A program made the translations under genes and the position numbers. Under the pieces are notes generated by a model. It saw only the letters and a list, made by a program, of their open reading frames with translations. It had not been told where the DNA came from and made no database searches. 64,000 bases of DNA from Mobula hypostoma (taxonomy: Eukaryota). The stretch's first letter is position 1. Every line of letters begins with the position of its first letter. Below are positions 61,898 through 64,000 of this stretch, piece after piece. Location of the stretch: contig NC_086098.1 in NCBI RefSeq assembly GCF_963921235.1, forward strand, positions 7,998,001-8,062,000, read 5' to 3'.

Positions 61898-62253
61898 CGA
61901 GGGGTGATTGATAACTTTGTGGCCTAAGGTAGAAGAAGTCAACTTTAGAAAACCTAGCACATTTATTTTTCTTACATTTACACACTTAGTCCAGCGGTCG
62001 TGGAGCATACAGTTCCCTTCTTTGTAGAAGTCAGCATCTTGGACCTCCAGCATGGTCCACAGCATGGGGTGATTGATAAGTTGGTGGCCTAAGGTAGAAG
62101 GAGATGAGATATTAACTTCAAACTCTGCACTTTCATTCAAAGAGTTGAACTACACGTGCATGTAACAAGACCTGTGCAACTCATCTCCGTCTACCTTAGG
62201 CCACGAACTTATCAATCACCCCTGCTCTGGACCATCTGGACGTCCAAGATGCT
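61898..62253. mobile_element. Mariner-derived non-autonomous element with internal palindrome
   Basis: TA|CGAGGGGTGATTGATAA terminus; minus strand QDADFYKEGNCMLHDRWTKCVNV (mariner transposase C-terminus); TIR-like sequence occurs three times. Confidence 0.8.
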
Positions 62254-62264
62254 CTCGTTCTGGT

Positions 62265-62700
62265 CTCCACAGGAGGAGCTGCAAAGTTCGATGGCCACAG
62301 GCAGGAACAACCTCCCATGACACCCAGTGTTGTATCTCGGTGGAATATGGCCGGAGTCCAAGAGCAAAAAGTTCAATATCCGGTCTACAAACACGTTCCT
62401 CGATCGTAATATGACCAGGATTGCACCATCCGCTGTTAACCAGAACAGCAAGCCCCCAACTCCTTTATGCTTACCGCTCTCAGTGCACTTCCGGTCAGCC
62501 CGAACAGTCTGGAAGCCGTCCATGGAAAAGTTTTTGTCGGGCATGTCCTCGTGCAGCCCCATTTCAGTAAAACACATAACACTGCACTCCCGAAATGTTC
62601 TCTGACTCCTGGCTAGCGCAGTCAACTCGTCCATTTTATTACCCACCGAACTCCTCTTCTCCATAAGTCTCTGTCGTCTCGACCCGATCCTTTTTCCTCA
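62265..62700 (-). mobile_element. Second copy of the deleted Rex1/Babar derivative
   Basis: ORF 62212-62664 has the same EN/3'-end junction (..GHIPPRYNTG) as 21376-22000. Confidence 0.85.
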
Positions 62701-62852
62701 ACTTTGTGATCCCCCTCTGCATCCTCTGTGTGTTTTCCTCCAGATTTCAGCAGGTTCCGGATTCTTCCCTCATTACGATTAACTCACCCTTTTCCCTAAA
62801 TTATGTCACTCATCCACAGACTAGGGCCAATTTGTAGTCGTCACTCTATCTG

Positions 62853-63015
62853 TACACACACACACACACACACACACAGACGCATAAACACACACTCACA
62901 CACACACACACACACACAGACACACACACACACACACACACACAGACATACACACACACACACACACACAGACACACACACACACACACACACACACATG
63001 CACACACATGCACAC
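62853..63015. repeat. (CA)n microsatellite, imperfect
   Basis: ~160 bp CA run with interruptions. Confidence 0.97.
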
Positions 63016-63147
63016 TCATTTTGGTGATGTGGGAGAGCATCAGGGCACCTGGGGTAAACACGCCTTCACAGGAAAATGGGCAAGTTCTAAACAGACAGCA
63101 CCAACTGCTGGTCACAAGCACAAGAGATTCTGCGGATGCTGAAAATC

Positions 63148-63937
63148 CATATAACCATATAACAATTACAGCACGGAAACAGGCCATCTCGGCCCTTCTA
63201 GTCCGTGCCGAACTCTTACTCTCACCTAGCCCCACTGACCTGCACTCAGCCCATAACCCTCCATTCCTTTCCTGTCCATATATCTATCCAATTTAACTTT
63301 AAACGACAACATCGAACCTGCCTCAACCACTTCTGCTGGAAGCTCGTTCCACACAGCTACCACTCTCTGAGTAAAGAAGTTCCCCCTCATGTTACCCCTA
63401 AACCTTTGCCCTTTAACTCTCAACTCATGTCCTCTTGTTTGAATCTCCCCCACTCTCAATGGAAAAAGCCTATCCATGTCAAATCTATCAATCCCCCTCA
63501 TAAATTTAAACACCTCTATCAAGTCCCCCCTCAACCTCCTATGCTCCAAAGAATAAAGACCTAACTTGTTCAACCTTTCTCTGCAACTTAGGAGATGAAA
63601 CCCAGGCAACATTTTAGTAAATCTCCTCTGTACTCTCTCAATTTTATTGACATCTTTCCTATAATTCGGTGACCAGAACTGTACACAATACTCCAAATTT
63701 GGCCTTACCAATGCCTTATACAATTTCAACATTACATCCCAACTCCTGTACTTAATGCTCTGATTAATAAAGGCCAGCATACCAAAAGCTTTCTTCACCA
63801 CCCTATCCACATGAGGTTCCACCTTGAGGGAACTATGCACCAATATTCCTAGATCCCTCTGTTCTACAGCATTCTTCAATGCCCTGCCATTTACCATGTA
63901 TGTCCTATTTTGATTAGTCCTACCAAAATGTAGCACC
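63148..63937 (-). mobile_element. 5'-truncated CR1, open ORF
   Basis: 236-aa ORF 63226-63936; (ATATGGTT)-type tail. Confidence 0.93.
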
Positions 63938-64000
63938 CAGGTTTTCTATATCCCTTGAAAACCATGGCTCTCTCAAACTTTTAACCTTTCCTTTCAACCT

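Noticed and set aside
62803..63235. His/Thr and Cys/Val repeat ORFs
   Set aside because: Translations of the (CA)n microsatellite.
1..64000. CRISPR array, operon or other prokaryotic/viral system
   Set aside because: No regularly spaced repeat-spacer array and no gene-dense non-TE block; content is vertebrate-type repeats throughout.

Overview
This window is eukaryotic and dominated by repeats. The repeat families (CR1 LINEs with short microsatellite tails, tRNA/V-domain SINEs, Rex1/Babar, RTE, Neptune-type Penelope elements) suggest a cartilaginous fish, possibly a ray; this is inference, not a database result. I could not identify any host protein-coding gene, so the window is probably intergenic or deep intronic. 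Nearly all long ORFs are retrotransposon fragments or their antisense shadows. The window is a layered stack of nested insertions. It includes a full-length RTE with TSD and a structured 5' end, two near-identical young CR1 copies in inverted orientation, a Tc1 with long IR/DR ends carrying nested LINEs, a solo LTR, remnants of a chromoviral Gypsy element, and several MITEs. The most notable hidden signal is a minimal hammerhead ribozyme motif (consensus CAGTC-CTGAYGA-AGGGTCTCGGCCY-GAAA-CGTC-GACTG). It recurs in about 10 short Penelope terminal-repeat copies, all partly decayed. There are also several apparently amplified non-autonomous LINE derivatives. Many boundaries of old fragments are approximate (about +/-20 bp).
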